A stretch of 64,000 bases of DNA from Candidatus Limnocylindrales bacterium (GCA_035540555.1 DATLGJ010000020.1:58759-122758), one strand, 5' to 3'. Positions 16,767-34,799 are shown, numbered from the stretch's first letter. Notes: generated by a model from the letters alone, not told the origin. Numbers and translations are program-made.

Positions 16767-17984
16767 TCAGATGGCTGCCGCCGCGATCTCCTCGCGCACC
16801 TGGCCGGGGGTGATCTGCTCGGTCAGCAGTCGGAAGAACTGTCGGCGCTGAGCGTCCTCGTCTCCGCCGGCACGGCACCATTCCGAGAGCAGCCTCTCGC
16901 CACCGGCATAGCAGAAGACATAGGTCCGCCAGAGCGGGTGGTTGATGAACTCGAGCAGCTTCGTTGCCCGCTCGTGGCTCGCCAGAGCGCGCCGCTCGAG
17001 GAACTCAACCACCTCATCGGCCGGCCTGCCCTCGGCGTGGAGCATCAGCGAGGCATCGCCACCGCTTCCGCGCATGGCATGAAGAGCGTCCTCGATCTCC
17101 CATTGGCGGGCCGGCTCATCCGGCCCGAGCGCGATGCCGGCCCGCTCACACAGCTCGGCGAAGAGCTCCGCCCAGCGTGTCCGGCCGATGATCAGGCGGC
17201 CACCGAGCTCGCCAAGGCCCTCGCTGATGTAAGCCTCAGGGGTGTTGATCAGCTGTACGCTCACCTCAGCTCGGCCGTGCTCGCGGTAGAGCCGCTGCTC
17301 TTTCCAGGCATGCTCGAGATGGTGGCCCGGGAAGCATTCGTGGGTGATCAGCCCGATAAGGCTGTTCGCGCGCACCGGGAGATCGGTGTTGATCTCCACC
17401 CGCGAGCGCAGTTGGCCGTCGTACCAGTTGTAGCCTGACCAGGGCTGGTCGGAGACCAGGTCGACCTGCAGCGACTGACCTTCGGGCAGGGGATAGTGGC
17501 GGGCGCATTCGGTGCGTACGGCGTCGACCAACCAATCGACGATCGCGGGCAGCCGGTCCACCGGCACGGTCAGCCGCCGCCCTCGCGCCTCGACTCGCTC
17601 GCGGAGTTCGATGCCGGGCGGCAGCAGCTCGTCCAGCTGGCGATGGGCCAGATCGTAATCGACTGCCGCGGTGGCCTCCGGCGCCGCATCGAAGCAACGC
17701 TCGACCTCGGTCAGGTAGTCGAGCTGGTTGCCGGCGAGCCGCCGCATCATCGTTTCCACAGCCACCAGCTGTCCGTCCAGCCAGCGGCGGCGGTCGGGCT
17801 CGATGTCGTCTGTCAGGCGCCCGCGCAGGCTCGCCGCTGCCAGAGCGACATCCTCGGGCGAGCCCGCCGATGCCTCGGCCTCATGGCGCAGCTCGGCCGG
17901 GCCGTAGTAGGCATCGACGATACCGTCGTAGTGCTTGCCCGCGGCCAGCGCCACACGGAGGTACTCGCGCCCAAGCGCGTCCAT
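16767..17984 (-). CDS. Conserved hypothetical metallopeptidase-like protein (HECFPGHH motif, DUF885-like)
   Basis: Start chosen at the Met 17 nt after the secA stop. The 54 upstream codons in the track ORF are Arg/Pro-rich and overlap secA. Confidence 0.5.
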   Translation of the reverse strand: MDALGREYLRVALAAGKHYDGIVDAYYGPAELRHEAEASAGSPEDVALAAASLRGRLTDDIEPDRRRWLDGQLVAVETMMRRLAGNQLDYLTEVERCFDAAPEATAAVDYDLAHRQLDELLPPGIELRERVEARGRRLTVPVDRLPAIVDWLVDAVRTECARHYPLPEGQSLQVDLVSDQPWSGYNWYDGQLRSRVEINTDLPVRANSLIGLITHECFPGHHLEHAWKEQRLYREHGRAEVSVQLINTPEAYISEGLGELGGRLIIGRTRWAELFAELCERAGIALGPDEPARQWEIEDALHAMRGSGGDASLMLHAEGRPADEVVEFLERRALASHERATKLLEFINHPLWRTYVFCYAGGERLLSEWCRAGGDEDAQRRQFFRLLTEQITPGQVREEIAAAAI

Positions 17985-18000
17985 CAGTGCTGGGTGGCGC

Positions 18001-20940
<2,940 letters not shown>

Positions 20941-20994
20941 CGGCCGCCAAGTATAGGCTTCGAGCGGCCATCGGCCGCTAGCGAACAGCCCTTC

Positions 20995-21231
20995 CTACGT
21001 GATCGGGCCCCAGATGCCGACGCCGTAGCCGACGAGCAGGATGACGAAGGTCAAGGCGGCCAGGCCCACCCAGAAGGCGACGGCCAGTCGGCCGCTGGTG
21101 GGCTCCAGCTCTGGGTTGTTGAGCGGCGCGGCGTTCCATCGTCGAGAGCGCAGTCGGCTGCGCCAGGTCCGCACCTGGACCGGATTGGGCTCCAGCCCGG
21201 AGGGGCCGGGTCGATACGTCTTGAGGCTCAT
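20995..21231 (-). CDS. Small hypothetical membrane protein (one TM helix) upstream of secA
   Basis: AVAFWVGLAALTFVILLVGYGVGIWG hydrophobic segment. Weak call. Confidence 0.25.
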   Translation of the reverse strand: MSLKTYRPGPSGLEPNPVQVRTWRSRLRSRRWNAAPLNNPELEPTSGRLAVAFWVGLAALTFVILLVGYGVGIWGPIT

Positions 21232-21288
21232 CGCGGACCATCATGCCGCGTCCCGCCGTAGAACGTCGGCCGGCGGCTCCTACCGTGA

Positions 21289-22338
21289 TCAGGCGGCACT
21301 GTTCTCTTCCTCGTCCCAGAGCAGCATCTCCTGGGCCAGCTCCTGCTCGCTCGAGAACAGCGCGCCGACCGATTCACCGCGGTGGATGCGCCTGATCGCC
21401 TCGCCGATCAGCGGAGCGACCGACAGCACTTTGATCTTGGGCAGGCGGCGGGACGGGGAGAGCGGGATCGTATCGGTCAGGACGACCTCGCCCAGCTCGG
21501 AGTCGCGGATGCGCTCGACTGCCGGATCCGACAACACGCCGTGGGTCGCGCAAGCATGGATCTCGGTGACCCCTTCGCGGATGAGCGCTCGGACCACCTC
21601 CATCAGCGTGCTTGCCGTGTCGATCTCGTCGTCGACGATGATCGCGCGCCTGCCGCGCACCTCGCCGATGACGTTCAGCAGCTCGGCCTTTCCAAGGTCG
21701 GCCGGGCTGGCGCCGGTTCCCGGGCGACGCTTCTCGATGACCGCCAGCGGAGCGTCGAGCAGCTCGGCGAAGGTGCGCGCCTTCTTGGCGAAGCCCAGGT
21801 CGGTCACCACCACCGGGTCGGCGATGCGCTGCTGGATGAAATAGTTGGAAAGCAGGTGGACGGCAGTCAGCTCATCGACCGGAATGGAGAAGAAGCCCTG
21901 GATCTGGCCCTGGTGCAGGTCCATCGTCAGCACTCGATCGGCGCCGGCCACGCTGATCATGTCGGCAACCAGCCGGGCCGTGATCGGCACCCGCGGCTGG
22001 TCCTTCTTGTCCGAACGGCCGTAGGCGTAGTACGGCACGACCGCCGTGATGCGCCCCGCGCTGGCGCGCTTGAAGGCGTCGATCATGATCAATAGCTCCA
22101 TGATCGACTTCTGGACCGGGCGGCAGGTCGGCTGGATGACGAAGACATCGCGGTCGCGCGCGTTGTCCTCGATGCGCACGAAGATGTTCTCGTTGGCGAA
22201 CTCGAACACCTCCGCCCGGCCCAGGTCGCGGCTCAGGTAGCGACCGATCTTGCGCGCCAGGTCCGGGTTGGCGTTGCCGGTATAGAGGTCGTAGTGGTCG
22301 CTGAAACCACTCGCCGCGCGACTACCGAACGCGCTCAC
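21289..22338 (-). CDS. prs: Ribose-phosphate pyrophosphokinase
   Basis: YTGNANPDLARKIG N-terminus and PRPP-binding VVTDLG...IIVDDEIDTASTL. Start set at GTG 22338, just after the gyrA stop, with GGAG upstream. Confidence 0.85.
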   Translation of the reverse strand: MSAFGSRAASGFSDHYDLYTGNANPDLARKIGRYLSRDLGRAEVFEFANENIFVRIEDNARDRDVFVIQPTCRPVQKSIMELLIMIDAFKRASAGRITAVVPYYAYGRSDKKDQPRVPITARLVADMISVAGADRVLTMDLHQGQIQGFFSIPVDELTAVHLLSNYFIQQRIADPVVVTDLGFAKKARTFAELLDAPLAVIEKRRPGTGASPADLGKAELLNVIGEVRGRRAIIVDDEIDTASTLMEVVRALIREGVTEIHACATHGVLSDPAVERIRDSELGEVVLTDTIPLSPSRRLPKIKVLSVAPLIGEAIRRIHRGESVGALFSSEQELAQEMLLWDEEENSAA

Positions 22339-22351
22339 GGCTCCGCTCCGC

Positions 22352-24907
22352 TCAGTTGGCTGCCGGCCCTGGTCCGGGGCCGCCCTCCAGGTCGTCATTC
22401 TCACCCATCTGGCGCTGTTCGGCCAGCCCTGCCCGGAAGACCGCGATGCCGGCGACGCTGTCGCCCTCGTTGAGGCGCATGACGATCACCCCGCGCGCGG
22501 CGCTGCTCTGGCGGCTGACGCTCCGCACGTCGGTTCGCACGATCTGGCCTGAGGCGCTGATGAGGAGCAGCTCCTCGTCCTGTTCGGAGACCATGTGCGC
22601 TGCCGCCACACGGCCGGTCTTCGCCCCCTCGAGCGGGATCAGGCGCACGCCCTGCCCGCCACGGTGCTTGCGCCGGAATTCGGACAGTGCCACACGCTTG
22701 CCGCGACCAGTCTCGGTCAGGACGAGCAGGTAGTCGTCGGCCGATGGCACGCCCATGAAGACGACCTCGTCACCTTGCCGAGCCAGCCTGATACCGATCA
22801 CGCCGCCTGCATCGCGGCCCATCGGACGGACCTCACGCTCGCCGAAGCGAGCCAGCCGACCAAGCGCCGTCACCAGCACGACGTCGTCGTTGCCCGACGA
22901 AACGGCCACCCACGCCAGCTCGTCGTCCGGGGCGACCGTGATCGCCCGGATGCCCGTCGAGCGAACCCTCTCGAAGTGCTCGATGGGCGTCTTCTTGATG
23001 ACGCCTCGGCGGGTCGCCATGACCATGTTGTGACCCTGCTCGAAGTTGGGGATGGTGGCAACCGCGAGCACGTGCTCGCCTGCTTCGACCTGCACGCCCT
23101 CCAGGTTGATGATCGGGATGCCCTTGGCCTGGCGTGAGGCGTCGGGGATGTAGTGAACCTTCGAGCTGAAGACGCGCCCGCGGTTGGTGAAGAACAGCGC
23201 CCAGTCGTGGGTGTTGGCCACGAGCAGGTGCTTGACGGCGTCCTCCTCGACCGTCGTCGCGCCGATGATGCCCTTGCCCCCGCGTGCCTGGCGCCGATAC
23301 GTGGCCAACGGCTGACGCTTGATGTAGCTGCGCGAGGAGACGGTGATCACGACGTCCTCGTCGGCGATCAGGTCCTCGTCGGTCATCTCGCGGTCGGCGT
23401 CGTCTTCGACGCGAGTCCGGCGGGGGCCAGCGTACTTGTTGGCGATCTCGTCGAGCTCGTCCTTGATGATGCGCAACACGCGCGCCGGGTTGGCCAGGAT
23501 GTCCTCCAGCTCGGCGATCAGCTGGATGGTGGCCAGGTACTCGTCTTCGATCTTCTTGCGCTCGAGGGCGGCCAGTCGGCGCAGCTGCATCTCGAGGATC
23601 GCGTTGGCCTGGACTTCACTCAGCTCGAACCGCTCGATCAGTCGGCGACGGGCGGTGTCCACATCGGCCGACTCGCGAATGGTGCTGATGACCGCGTCGA
23701 GGTTGTCGAGAGCGATCTTGAGGCCCTCGAGGATGTGCGCGCGATCGCGCGCCTTGGCCAGATCGAACTCGGTCCGTCGGCGGACCACCTCGCGCCGCCA
23801 GTCGATGTGGTGCTGGATGACCTGCTTCAGCGAAAGCGTCTGAGGCTGGCCGTCGACCAGGGCGAGCATGTTCAGGTTGAAGGCGACGCGCAGGGCCGTG
23901 TGCTTGAAGAGGTTGTTCAGCACCTTGTGCGGATTTACGTCGCGCTTGCACTCGATGACCAGACGCATCCCGTCGCGATCCGACTCGTCGCGAAGGTCCG
24001 CGATGCCGTCCACCTTCTTGTGCTGAACGAGGTCGGCGATCTTCTCGGCCAGGGCGGCCTTGTTGACCTGGTAGGGCAGCTCGGTGACGACGATCGCCAT
24101 CCGTCCCGCACGCGTCTCCTCGAAGGCGCACTGGGCCCGCATCACCACGCGGCCGCGGCCGCTGGCGTACATCTCGCGGATCGCGTCGACCTGCTCGTGC
24201 TGGCCGGTCAGCGTGTTGCGCCGCTTCTCGTAACGGAAGATCGTCGCACCGGTGGGGAAGTCCGGGCCGTGGACGTACTCGCACAGCTCGTCGTTGGTCA
24301 GCTGTGGGTCTTCGATCAGGGCGATCGTGGCGTCGGCCACCTCGCGCAGATTGTGCGGCGGGATATTGGTCGCCATCCCGACGGCAATGCCGGCGCTGCC
24401 GTTGACAAGCAGGTTGGGGAGCTTGGCCGGCAGCACCGACGGCTGCATGCGGCTGCCGTCGTAGTTCTCGACGAAGTCAACGGTGTCCTTGTCGATGTCC
24501 GCCAGCAGCTCGCCGGCGATTGCCGTCATGCGTGCTTCCGTGTAGCGCATCGCGGCCGGCGGATCGCCGTCGACCGAGCCGAAGTTTCCCTGCCCGTCGA
24601 CGAGGGGATAGCGCATCGAGAAGTCCTGCGCCAGCCGCACGAGAGCGTCGTAGAGAGCGACATCGCCGTGCGGGTGGTACTTGCCCATCACCTCACCGAC
24701 GATTGCGGCGCACTTGCGATAGCTCGAGGTGGACGACAGGCCCATCTCGTTCATCGTGTGCAGGATCCGTCGGTGGACTGGCTTGAGGCCATCCCGAACG
24801 TCGGGCAGCGCGCGGCTGACGATGACGCTCATGGCGTAGTCGAGATAGGAGCCGCGCAGCTCGTCCTCGATGCGGATGGGCAGCACGCGCCCGATGCTCT
24901 CGGTCAC
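22352..24907 (-). CDS. gyrA: DNA gyrase subunit A
   Basis: [21 protein letters not shown] active-site Tyr region, C-terminal beta-pinwheel repeats. Confidence 0.95.
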   Translation of the reverse strand: MTESIGRVLPIRIEDELRGSYLDYAMSVIVSRALPDVRDGLKPVHRRILHTMNEMGLSSTSSYRKCAAIVGEVMGKYHPHGDVALYDALVRLAQDFSMRYPLVDGQGNFGSVDGDPPAAMRYTEARMTAIAGELLADIDKDTVDFVENYDGSRMQPSVLPAKLPNLLVNGSAGIAVGMATNIPPHNLREVADATIALIEDPQLTNDELCEYVHGPDFPTGATIFRYEKRRNTLTGQHEQVDAIREMYASGRGRVVMRAQCAFEETRAGRMAIVVTELPYQVNKAALAEKIADLVQHKKVDGIADLRDESDRDGMRLVIECKRDVNPHKVLNNLFKHTALRVAFNLNMLALVDGQPQTLSLKQVIQHHIDWRREVVRRRTEFDLAKARDRAHILEGLKIALDNLDAVISTIRESADVDTARRRLIERFELSEVQANAILEMQLRRLAALERKKIEDEYLATIQLIAELEDILANPARVLRIIKDELDEIANKYAGPRRTRVEDDADREMTDEDLIADEDVVITVSSRSYIKRQPLATYRRQARGGKGIIGATTVEEDAVKHLLVANTHDWALFFTNRGRVFSSKVHYIPDASRQAKGIPIINLEGVQVEAGEHVLAVATIPNFEQGHNMVMATRRGVIKKTPIEHFERVRSTGIRAITVAPDDELAWVAVSSGNDDVVLVTALGRLARFGEREVRPMGRDAGGVIGIRLARQGDEVVFMGVPSADDYLLVLTETGRGKRVALSEFRRKHRGGQGVRLIPLEGAKTGRVAAAHMVSEQDEELLLISASGQIVRTDVRSVSRQSSAARGVIVMRLNEGDSVAGIAVFRAGLAEQRQMGENDDLEGGPGPGPAAN

Positions 24908-28725
<3,818 letters not shown>

Positions 28726-28729
<4 letters not shown>

Positions 28730-29529
28730 GCCGTTACCACGCTGTCTGAAGGATCCTTGGCCTGGCTTTGCCGGTGGCCACGCAGCTCGTCGGCAAGCGC
28801 TCGATATGCCTGCGCTCCGCGGGAATCGGGGCTGTAGCGGGCGATCGGGCGGCCATAGCTGGGCGCTTCTGCCAGACGCACGCTACGCGGCACCACGGTA
28901 GTAAAGACGCGACCGCCGAGGTGATTTCGTACCTCCGCCGCAACGTCGGCCGAGAGCGTGGTGCGGCCGTCGTACATCGTCAGCAGCACTCCCGCCAGGC
29001 GGAGGCGCGGATTCAGGTGCTCGCGCACGAGGTCAATGGTCGAGAGCAACTGGCTCAGGCCTTCCAACGCGTAGTACTCGCACTGGATCGGGACGAGAAC
29101 GCCGTCGGCTGCTGTGAGGGCATTGACGGTGAGGAGGCCCACCGCCGGTGGGCAGTCAAGCAAGACGTGGTCATATCCGTCTCGGATGCCAGCGAGCGCA
29201 CGTTCGAGGCGGCGCTCGCGATGCTCGATCGCAACCAGCTCGACCTCAGCGCCCGCCAGGTCGCGAGCTGACGGAATGATCCAAAGTCCCTCCACCTGTG
29301 TCCCCCTGACCAGGCCCTCGGCCGGCTCGTCCCCGACGAGCGCCTGGTAAACAGAGGACTCCTCGATGTTGCGGTCAAGCCCAAGGCCACTCGTCGCGTT
29401 GCCCTGAGGGTCGAGATCGACCACCAGGACCCGCTCGCCGGCCAGCGCGAGATAGGTGGCCAAATTGATGACCGTAGTGGTCTTGCCGACGCCGCCCTTC
29501 TGGTTCGCGCAGGCGATGACTTCGCCCAC
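28726..29529 (-). CDS. parA: Chromosome partitioning ATPase ParA/Soj
   Basis: Deviant Walker A NQKGGVGKTT. Confidence 0.9.
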
Positions 29530-29643
29530 TCAACGGCCGAGGCGGTATGCATCCACGTCGATTGATTCTACCGGAGACGCTCCGGTCACGGGTGGTGACA
29601 CGGCTTCACGGTGCCCGCACTTGCTTAGCCCCCGCTTCGACGC

Positions 29644-29659
29644 TGTTTCACGTGAAACA
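29644..29659. promoter_or_regulatory. parS centromere site TGTTTCACGTGAAACA (perfect 16-bp palindrome)
   Basis: Exact match to the canonical parS consensus, 115 bp upstream of parA. Confidence 0.75.
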
Positions 29660-29808
29660 CTGCGATGCATGGCCCGAAAAGACCACGGCGACCTGCTGCG
29701 ACCCACGACGGGGGGCACGCCCGAGCCGTTCTATACTGATCGCTCGGTGCACCGGCCGACGACGTCAGCCGACCCGCGACGGCAGGTGCTCGCGGAGATT
29801 GCCACACC

Positions 29809-30306
29809 TTGACCCTGCCTTTCGCTGCGCTGGGCGCGCTGGTCGCAGCCTTGATCGAGACGAGCATCGCGCCGGAGCTGACCCTCGTCGGCGCCCAGGC
29901 GGATGTCGTTCTCACGCTGGCCGTGCTGGCGGCGTTCCTCATGGGATTCGAGGACGGCCTCGTCTGGGCCTTCCTGGGGGGATTGATGTTGGACCTGCTG
30001 ATCCCGGGGCGGCCCATCGGCGCTACCGCGCTCACTCTACTGCTCATTGTCGGGCTGGTAGGGCTGGCCGCTCGGGTGCCCGGCCCTCGCAAGACGCTTG
30101 CGGTGGCCGCGGTCTTCGCCATGACGTGGCTATTTCATCTGCTGCTCATCGGGATCATGGCGGCCACCGAGGGGGTGATGCTGGGCTCGTTCCAGCCGAT
30201 CGTTGTGCTGTCGGCCGCGTTCCTGAACTCGTTGATGGCGCTAGTTGCCGCGCTCGGGTTCGACGCTCTCGGACGCCGTCTGGCACCCGAGCGCGCGGAA
30301 TGGTAG
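29809..30306 (+). CDS. mreD: Rod shape-determining protein MreD
   Basis: 165-aa polytopic membrane protein immediately upstream of PBP2 and RodA. TTG start. Confidence 0.6.
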   Translation: MTLPFAALGALVAALIETSIAPELTLVGAQADVVLTLAVLAAFLMGFEDGLVWAFLGGLMLDLLIPGRPIGATALTLLLIVGLVGLAARVPGPRKTLAVAAVFAMTWLFHLLLIGIMAATEGVMLGSFQPIVVLSAAFLNSLMALVAALGFDALGRRLAPERAEW

Positions 30307-30316
30307 CGGCGACGTC

Positions 30317-32212
30317 ATGACCGACATGCCTGGATTCCCGCCCCCGCGTCAGCGTCTGCTCTTCAGGTTCGGCGTATTCGGCCTATGCCTGGTGCTGGTG
30401 CTCGGAGTGCTCACCACACGCCTGTTCACCCTGCAGATTGCAGGCGGCGGCCCGTCTGGCGGCCGGGCCAGCGAGGCTCGGCTCACGCTGCAGCCGATCC
30501 GGTCGCCACGTGGCTTGATCTACGACCGAGCCGGGCGCCTGCTGGCCTTCAACGTGCCCTCCTACGTCGTCCGGGTCAGGCCTGCGGACCTGCCCCTTCC
30601 TCAGCGGCCAGAAGTGGTCGGCCGGCTTTCTGCGCTGTTGGACATGCCGCAGCAGCAGATCATCGAAGCGCTGGACCGCAACGCCGGGCTGCTGTATGAC
30701 CCCGTTCGTATCGCTTCGGACATTCCGATCGAGGTGGCAAGCATCCTCGAAGAGGAGGCCCGCTTCCTGCCCGGCGTTGAAGTTGTGGTGGAGGACCGCC
30801 GCCAGTACGACTACGGCCCGCTCGTCAGCCAGGTGCTGGGCTACACCGGTTCGGTGACGCCCAGCGATCTGAACCGGCTGGCGGGGATGGGCTACCTCAA
30901 CAACGACGTTCTGGGCAAGGCCGGCGTCGAGGCTACCTTCGAGGAGCGCCTGCGCGGCTCGTATGGTGTCGAGCAGGTGGAGCGGGACGGCTCCGGCAGG
31001 GTCATCCGGACCGTCTCTGTGGTCCAGCCGCCCGAGGCGGGAAGCTCGATCGAGCTGACGATCGATGTTGAGATGCAGCAGCAGGCGGAGCAGGCCCTCG
31101 GTTGGGCGATGGAGCTGATCGGACTTGAGCGGGGCGTGGTCATCGTGATGAACCCGCAGACGGGCGAGATCCTCGCGATGGTCTCGCTGCCGACCTACGA
31201 CAACAACACTTTCGCGCGCGGCATCTCCCAGGACGACTATCAGGCTCTGCTCAACGATCCGCGCAAACCGCTTGTGAACCACGCCATCAGCGAGCAGTAC
31301 CCGCCGGGCTCGACGTACAAGATGGTTACCGGCGCCGGTGCTCTGCAGGATGGCATCGTCACTGCCCGCCAGAAGCTCGAGACGGCGCCATACCTCGAGA
31401 TCAACGGATACAAGTTCTGGGAATGGAACCGTAAAGGCTTCGGGCCGATGGACCTCTATGACGCCTTCGGTCGGTCTGCGGGCACGTACTTCTTTCAGCT
31501 CGCCGGCCGGATGGGCATCGATCGGCTGGCACACTGGGCCCACCAGTTCGGCTTCGGACACCGGACCGGCATCGATCTCCCCGGGGAAGCCCGGGGGATC
31601 ATCCCGACTGACAAGTGGAAGCGGGAGGTCTTCAACCAGCCGATCTACCCGGGCGAGGTCTACCAGGCGGGGATCGGACAGGGCTACAACACCTCGACGG
31701 TCCTGCAGGTCCTCAACGCCTACTGCGCGCTGGCCAACGGGGGCAGCCTGCTCAAGCCGCAGATCGTCCGCCGTGTGCTGGACAACAGCGGCGAGGTGGT
31801 CCGTGACTTCCAGCCGGAGCTGATCCATGAGCTCGAGCTGGACGACCAGGTTCTGCTCGAGCTCCGTCGCGCAGCCCGGCGGACCGTCACCATCGGCCAT
31901 ACCGGCAACCTCGTTGATATGCCGATCGTGGTATCCGGCAAGACCGGCACCGCCGAGTTCGGCGTTCGCGACTCCGAGGGCAGGCTGCCCATCCACTACT
32001 GGTTCACCGGCTATGTGTCGAAGCCGGCTGCGGACGGGCAGGCTGATCCGGAGGCCGCCACCTCGGAGCTGGCAATCGTCGCGTTTGCCTACAACGCCAA
32101 GACGCGCGGCAATGCGGCGACCGAGATCGTGAAGTATTTCCTCCAGCTCCACTATGGATTGGAGGAGGACTACCGAAGGGTCGATCTGCTGACCGAGTAC
32201 GGCGGCACCTGA
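30317..32212 (+). CDS. mrdA: Penicillin-binding protein 2 (elongasome transpeptidase)
   Basis: SxxK (GSTYKM), SGKTGTAE KTG motif, N-terminal TM anchor. Start moved to ATG 30317, after the mreD stop. Confidence 0.9.
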   Translation: MTDMPGFPPPRQRLLFRFGVFGLCLVLVLGVLTTRLFTLQIAGGGPSGGRASEARLTLQPIRSPRGLIYDRAGRLLAFNVPSYVVRVRPADLPLPQRPEVVGRLSALLDMPQQQIIEALDRNAGLLYDPVRIASDIPIEVASILEEEARFLPGVEVVVEDRRQYDYGPLVSQVLGYTGSVTPSDLNRLAGMGYLNNDVLGKAGVEATFEERLRGSYGVEQVERDGSGRVIRTVSVVQPPEAGSSIELTIDVEMQQQAEQALGWAMELIGLERGVVIVMNPQTGEILAMVSLPTYDNNTFARGISQDDYQALLNDPRKPLVNHAISEQYPPGSTYKMVTGAGALQDGIVTARQKLETAPYLEINGYKFWEWNRKGFGPMDLYDAFGRSAGTYFFQLAGRMGIDRLAHWAHQFGFGHRTGIDLPGEARGIIPTDKWKREVFNQPIYPGEVYQAGIGQGYNTSTVLQVLNAYCALANGGSLLKPQIVRRVLDNSGEVVRDFQPELIHELELDDQVLLELRRAARRTVTIGHTGNLVDMPIVVSGKTGTAEFGVRDSEGRLPIHYWFTGYVSKPAADGQADPEAATSELAIVAFAYNAKTRGNAATEIVKYFLQLHYGLEEDYRRVDLLTEYGGT

Positions 32213-32215
32213 TCG

Positions 32216-33367
32216 ATGGGTGCGATGCGCGTCGAACGCGGCATGAGCGACACGTTCACGGCCCGGGCGCCGGCGGCTTCGTGGCGCTCGTTCGATGTCC
32301 AGCTGGCGTTCTACGCCCTGGCGCTGGCCGTTCTCGGTCTGATGATGGCCTACACCAACAGCGTCGGGGCGCCGCTGGCGGCAGGCTCCGTCTTCACCCG
32401 CGGCCTGATGTGGTTCGCCATCGCGCTGGTGGTCTATGTCGTCGCGGCCGCCTTCGACTACCGCTGGCTGCGAACGCTGGCCTGGCTCGTCTACCTCGTC
32501 AACATCGTTCTGCTGATCGTGACGCTTGCCGTTGGCAGCGGTGTGGGCGGTGTCTCGCGCTGGGTGTCGATCTTCGGCCTGCAGTTCCAGTTCTCAGAGG
32601 TCGCCAAGATCCTGATGATCGGCGTGCTTGCCGCGTACGTGGCTGCCCGACGGGACAGCATGAACCGGCTATCGACCCTGATCGGGGCGGGGATCCTGAT
32701 GGGCCCGCCGTTCGTGCTGGTCATGATCCAGCCGGACCTCGGGACCTCGCTCGTGTTCGTGGCTGTCTTCTTCGGCATCCTTTTCATGAGCGGGATGCGC
32801 CTTCGCTGGCTGCTCCTGCCGGTGGCGGCCGCGCTGGCCGCATTTCCCATTCTCTGGACCATCCTGCAGGACTACCAGAAGCGGCGCCTTCTGTCCTTCC
32901 TGGATCCGAGCGCCGATCCCCTGGGCGCCGGTTTCCAGGTCATCCAATCGCAGCTGGCCGTCAGTGCAGGCGGCATGTTCGGGCGCGGCCTGAGCGGGGG
33001 AGGGACGGGCACCGAGCTTCTGCCCGTGCAGTCGACCGACTTTGCCGCCGCCGTGCTCTTCCAGGAGCTCGGCTTCGTCGGTGGAGTGGTGACTTTCGCC
33101 CTGTTCGGCCTGCTGATCTGGCGGATCCTTGTCGTCGGCTGGCGATCCGACGATCTCTTCGGGTTGGCTTTCGCCGCTGGAGTGGCGTCGATGCTCCTCT
33201 TCCAGCTGATCGTCAACGTCGGCATGGTGTTGGGGATCATGCCCGTTACGGGGATCCCCCTGCCCTTCGTGACGCACGGCGGGGCGTCGCTGATCAGCAT
33301 CGCGCTGGGTCTCGGGCTCCTTCAGGCCGTGGCGATGCGCCGCACGATCCCCGACTGGCAGGACTAG
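32216..33367 (+). CDS. rodA: SEDS-family peptidoglycan polymerase RodA
   Basis: FtsW/RodA family polytopic membrane protein adjacent to mrdA. Confidence 0.85.
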   Translation: MGAMRVERGMSDTFTARAPAASWRSFDVQLAFYALALAVLGLMMAYTNSVGAPLAAGSVFTRGLMWFAIALVVYVVAAAFDYRWLRTLAWLVYLVNIVLLIVTLAVGSGVGGVSRWVSIFGLQFQFSEVAKILMIGVLAAYVAARRDSMNRLSTLIGAGILMGPPFVLVMIQPDLGTSLVFVAVFFGILFMSGMRLRWLLLPVAAALAAFPILWTILQDYQKRRLLSFLDPSADPLGAGFQVIQSQLAVSAGGMFGRGLSGGGTGTELLPVQSTDFAAAVLFQELGFVGGVVTFALFGLLIWRILVVGWRSDDLFGLAFAAGVASMLLFQLIVNVGMVLGIMPVTGIPLPFVTHGGASLISIALGLGLLQAVAMRRTIPDWQD

Positions 33368-33406
33368 CGCCACTCGCGCTCTTATGCCTGAGGCCCTTGA
33401 CAACAC

Positions 33407-33431
33407 CTGCCGCGGCGGGGTGATATATCAC
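33407..33431 (+). promoter_or_regulatory. Putative promoter, TTGACA -35 and TATAT-like -10, giving a near-leaderless transcript for the GntR gene
   Basis: TTGACAacacctgccgcggcggggTGATATATcacATG read directly. Confidence 0.3.
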
Positions 33432-34109
33432 ATGCCACTGCCCCAGCGTCCTCCATCCGAGCGGGTTCTCATGCGCCAGGAGGCTTACCAGGAGCTCCGT
33501 CGCCTGATCCTCAGTGGCGAACTCGACGCCGGCGAGCGGCTACGGGATCACGAGATCGCGCGCTGGCTATCGGTCAGTCGGACGCCGGTGCGCGAGGCGC
33601 TGACGCGGCTGGTCGATGACGGGCTCGTCGAGATGGCACCCAACCGCTACACGCGCGTCCGCCCCATCGACCCACGTGATGTGGCCGGCTATCCGGTCGC
33701 GGCGGCGCTCCACGGCCTGGTAGCACTCCACGCCGCCGCTTCGCCGGCGCTCGGCGACGCTCTCGACTCCCTGTCGGAAGCCGCCGAGCGGTATGCCTGG
33801 GCGAGGCTGCGCGAGGACGGCCCGGAGCTGATCGCTGCGGATGACGAGCTCCACGCGATCCTGGCGCAGGTAGCAGGAAACCCGGTCCTGGAGGAGGAGC
33901 TGTCCCGCCTCGGGCCCCGCCTGCGGCGGCTTGAGCTCGCCGCCGGGCAGGAGCTGGCGGCCGTGCGGCCCGACGGGCACGGGTTGCTGCTCGATGCGCT
34001 GGCCGCCGGTGACGGTGACGCGGCGAGGAGCCTCGCGGAAAGGGAGCTGACCGAGCTGGCAGCGCGGGTCGAGTCTGTCCTCAGGCGCGGCGGCCCAGCA
34101 GCTCCGTGA
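33432..34109 (+). CDS. GntR-family transcriptional regulator (FadR-like C-terminal domain)
   Basis: GntR HTH region LRDHEIARWLSVSRTPVREALTRLVDDGLVE. Confidence 0.75.
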   Translation: MPLPQRPPSERVLMRQEAYQELRRLILSGELDAGERLRDHEIARWLSVSRTPVREALTRLVDDGLVEMAPNRYTRVRPIDPRDVAGYPVAAALHGLVALHAAASPALGDALDSLSEAAERYAWARLREDGPELIAADDELHAILAQVAGNPVLEEELSRLGPRLRRLELAAGQELAAVRPDGHGLLLDALAAGDGDAARSLAERELTELAARVESVLRRGGPAAP

Positions 34110-34541
34110 TCTCGGTCCGGTACTGGCGTCCAGCGGGGACGCGCATCAGCCACTCGAGAAAGTCCGGGTCGCTGCGCTTGACCTGGCCAAGGGTCCAGCC
34201 GGCGTAGCGCCCAAACTCCAGGACGCTGCCCTCTGGCGGTCCGGGAGGCATGCCGGCGGGGCCAAGCGGCACATCGCCGGGACGCTTGAGGATTCGGTCG
34301 GTCGCTCGTCGATCGCGCCGAAGCGACAGCTCATGGTCGTAGGCCGCCCGCTGGATCGGATCGCGAGCGATGGCGTATGCCTCGTTGATCTCGCGCATCC
34401 GGCGCGCGGCCTCGGCACTCGGGTCCGCGTCCGGGTGGTAGCGACGAGCGAGCTTGCGGTAGACGGCGTGAATGATCTCGGCGTCTGCCTCTTGGTCGAC
34501 CATGAGCACCTTGTAGATGGTGCGGCGCGGATCGACGATCA
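34081..34541 (-). CDS. J-domain (DnaJ-like) protein
   Basis: YKVLMV...AVYRKLARRYHPDAD HPD motif. Start at MIVDPRR with GAGGGGAAG RBS. The track ORF has a spurious upstream extension. Confidence 0.7.
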
Positions 34542-34799
34542 TCTTCCCCTCATCAGATGACGCATGGATGTTTCCAGCGACTTCGAGCGATGATGCTTGC
34601 CGTCCCCGGCTGGCGCCACAGGACCTTCGTGTTGCGCCAGGGCGCCAGCATACCCACCCAGGCGGGGCTGATTGACGCTTGGGCTGCTCGACGGTACCAT
34701 CGCTGATCGCGCCCGCAGTCTGGCACACGTCGGCAGCGCGCGCCTCCAGTCCCAACAGTCCGACGCCCACTCAACGTGCGCCCGGCAACCCGGAGAGAA

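Noticed and set aside
32281-33423. 380-aa alternative-frame ORF overlapping rodA
   Set aside because: Arg/Gly/Pro-rich junk translation. The in-phase frame encodes a clear SEDS-family membrane protein.
34655-34672. 14-mer gctgattgacgctt shared between the rplU leader region and the tmRNA gene (12849-12862)
   Set aside because: About 15 exact 14-mer coincidences are expected by chance within 64 kb at this GC content. No further similarity flanks the match.
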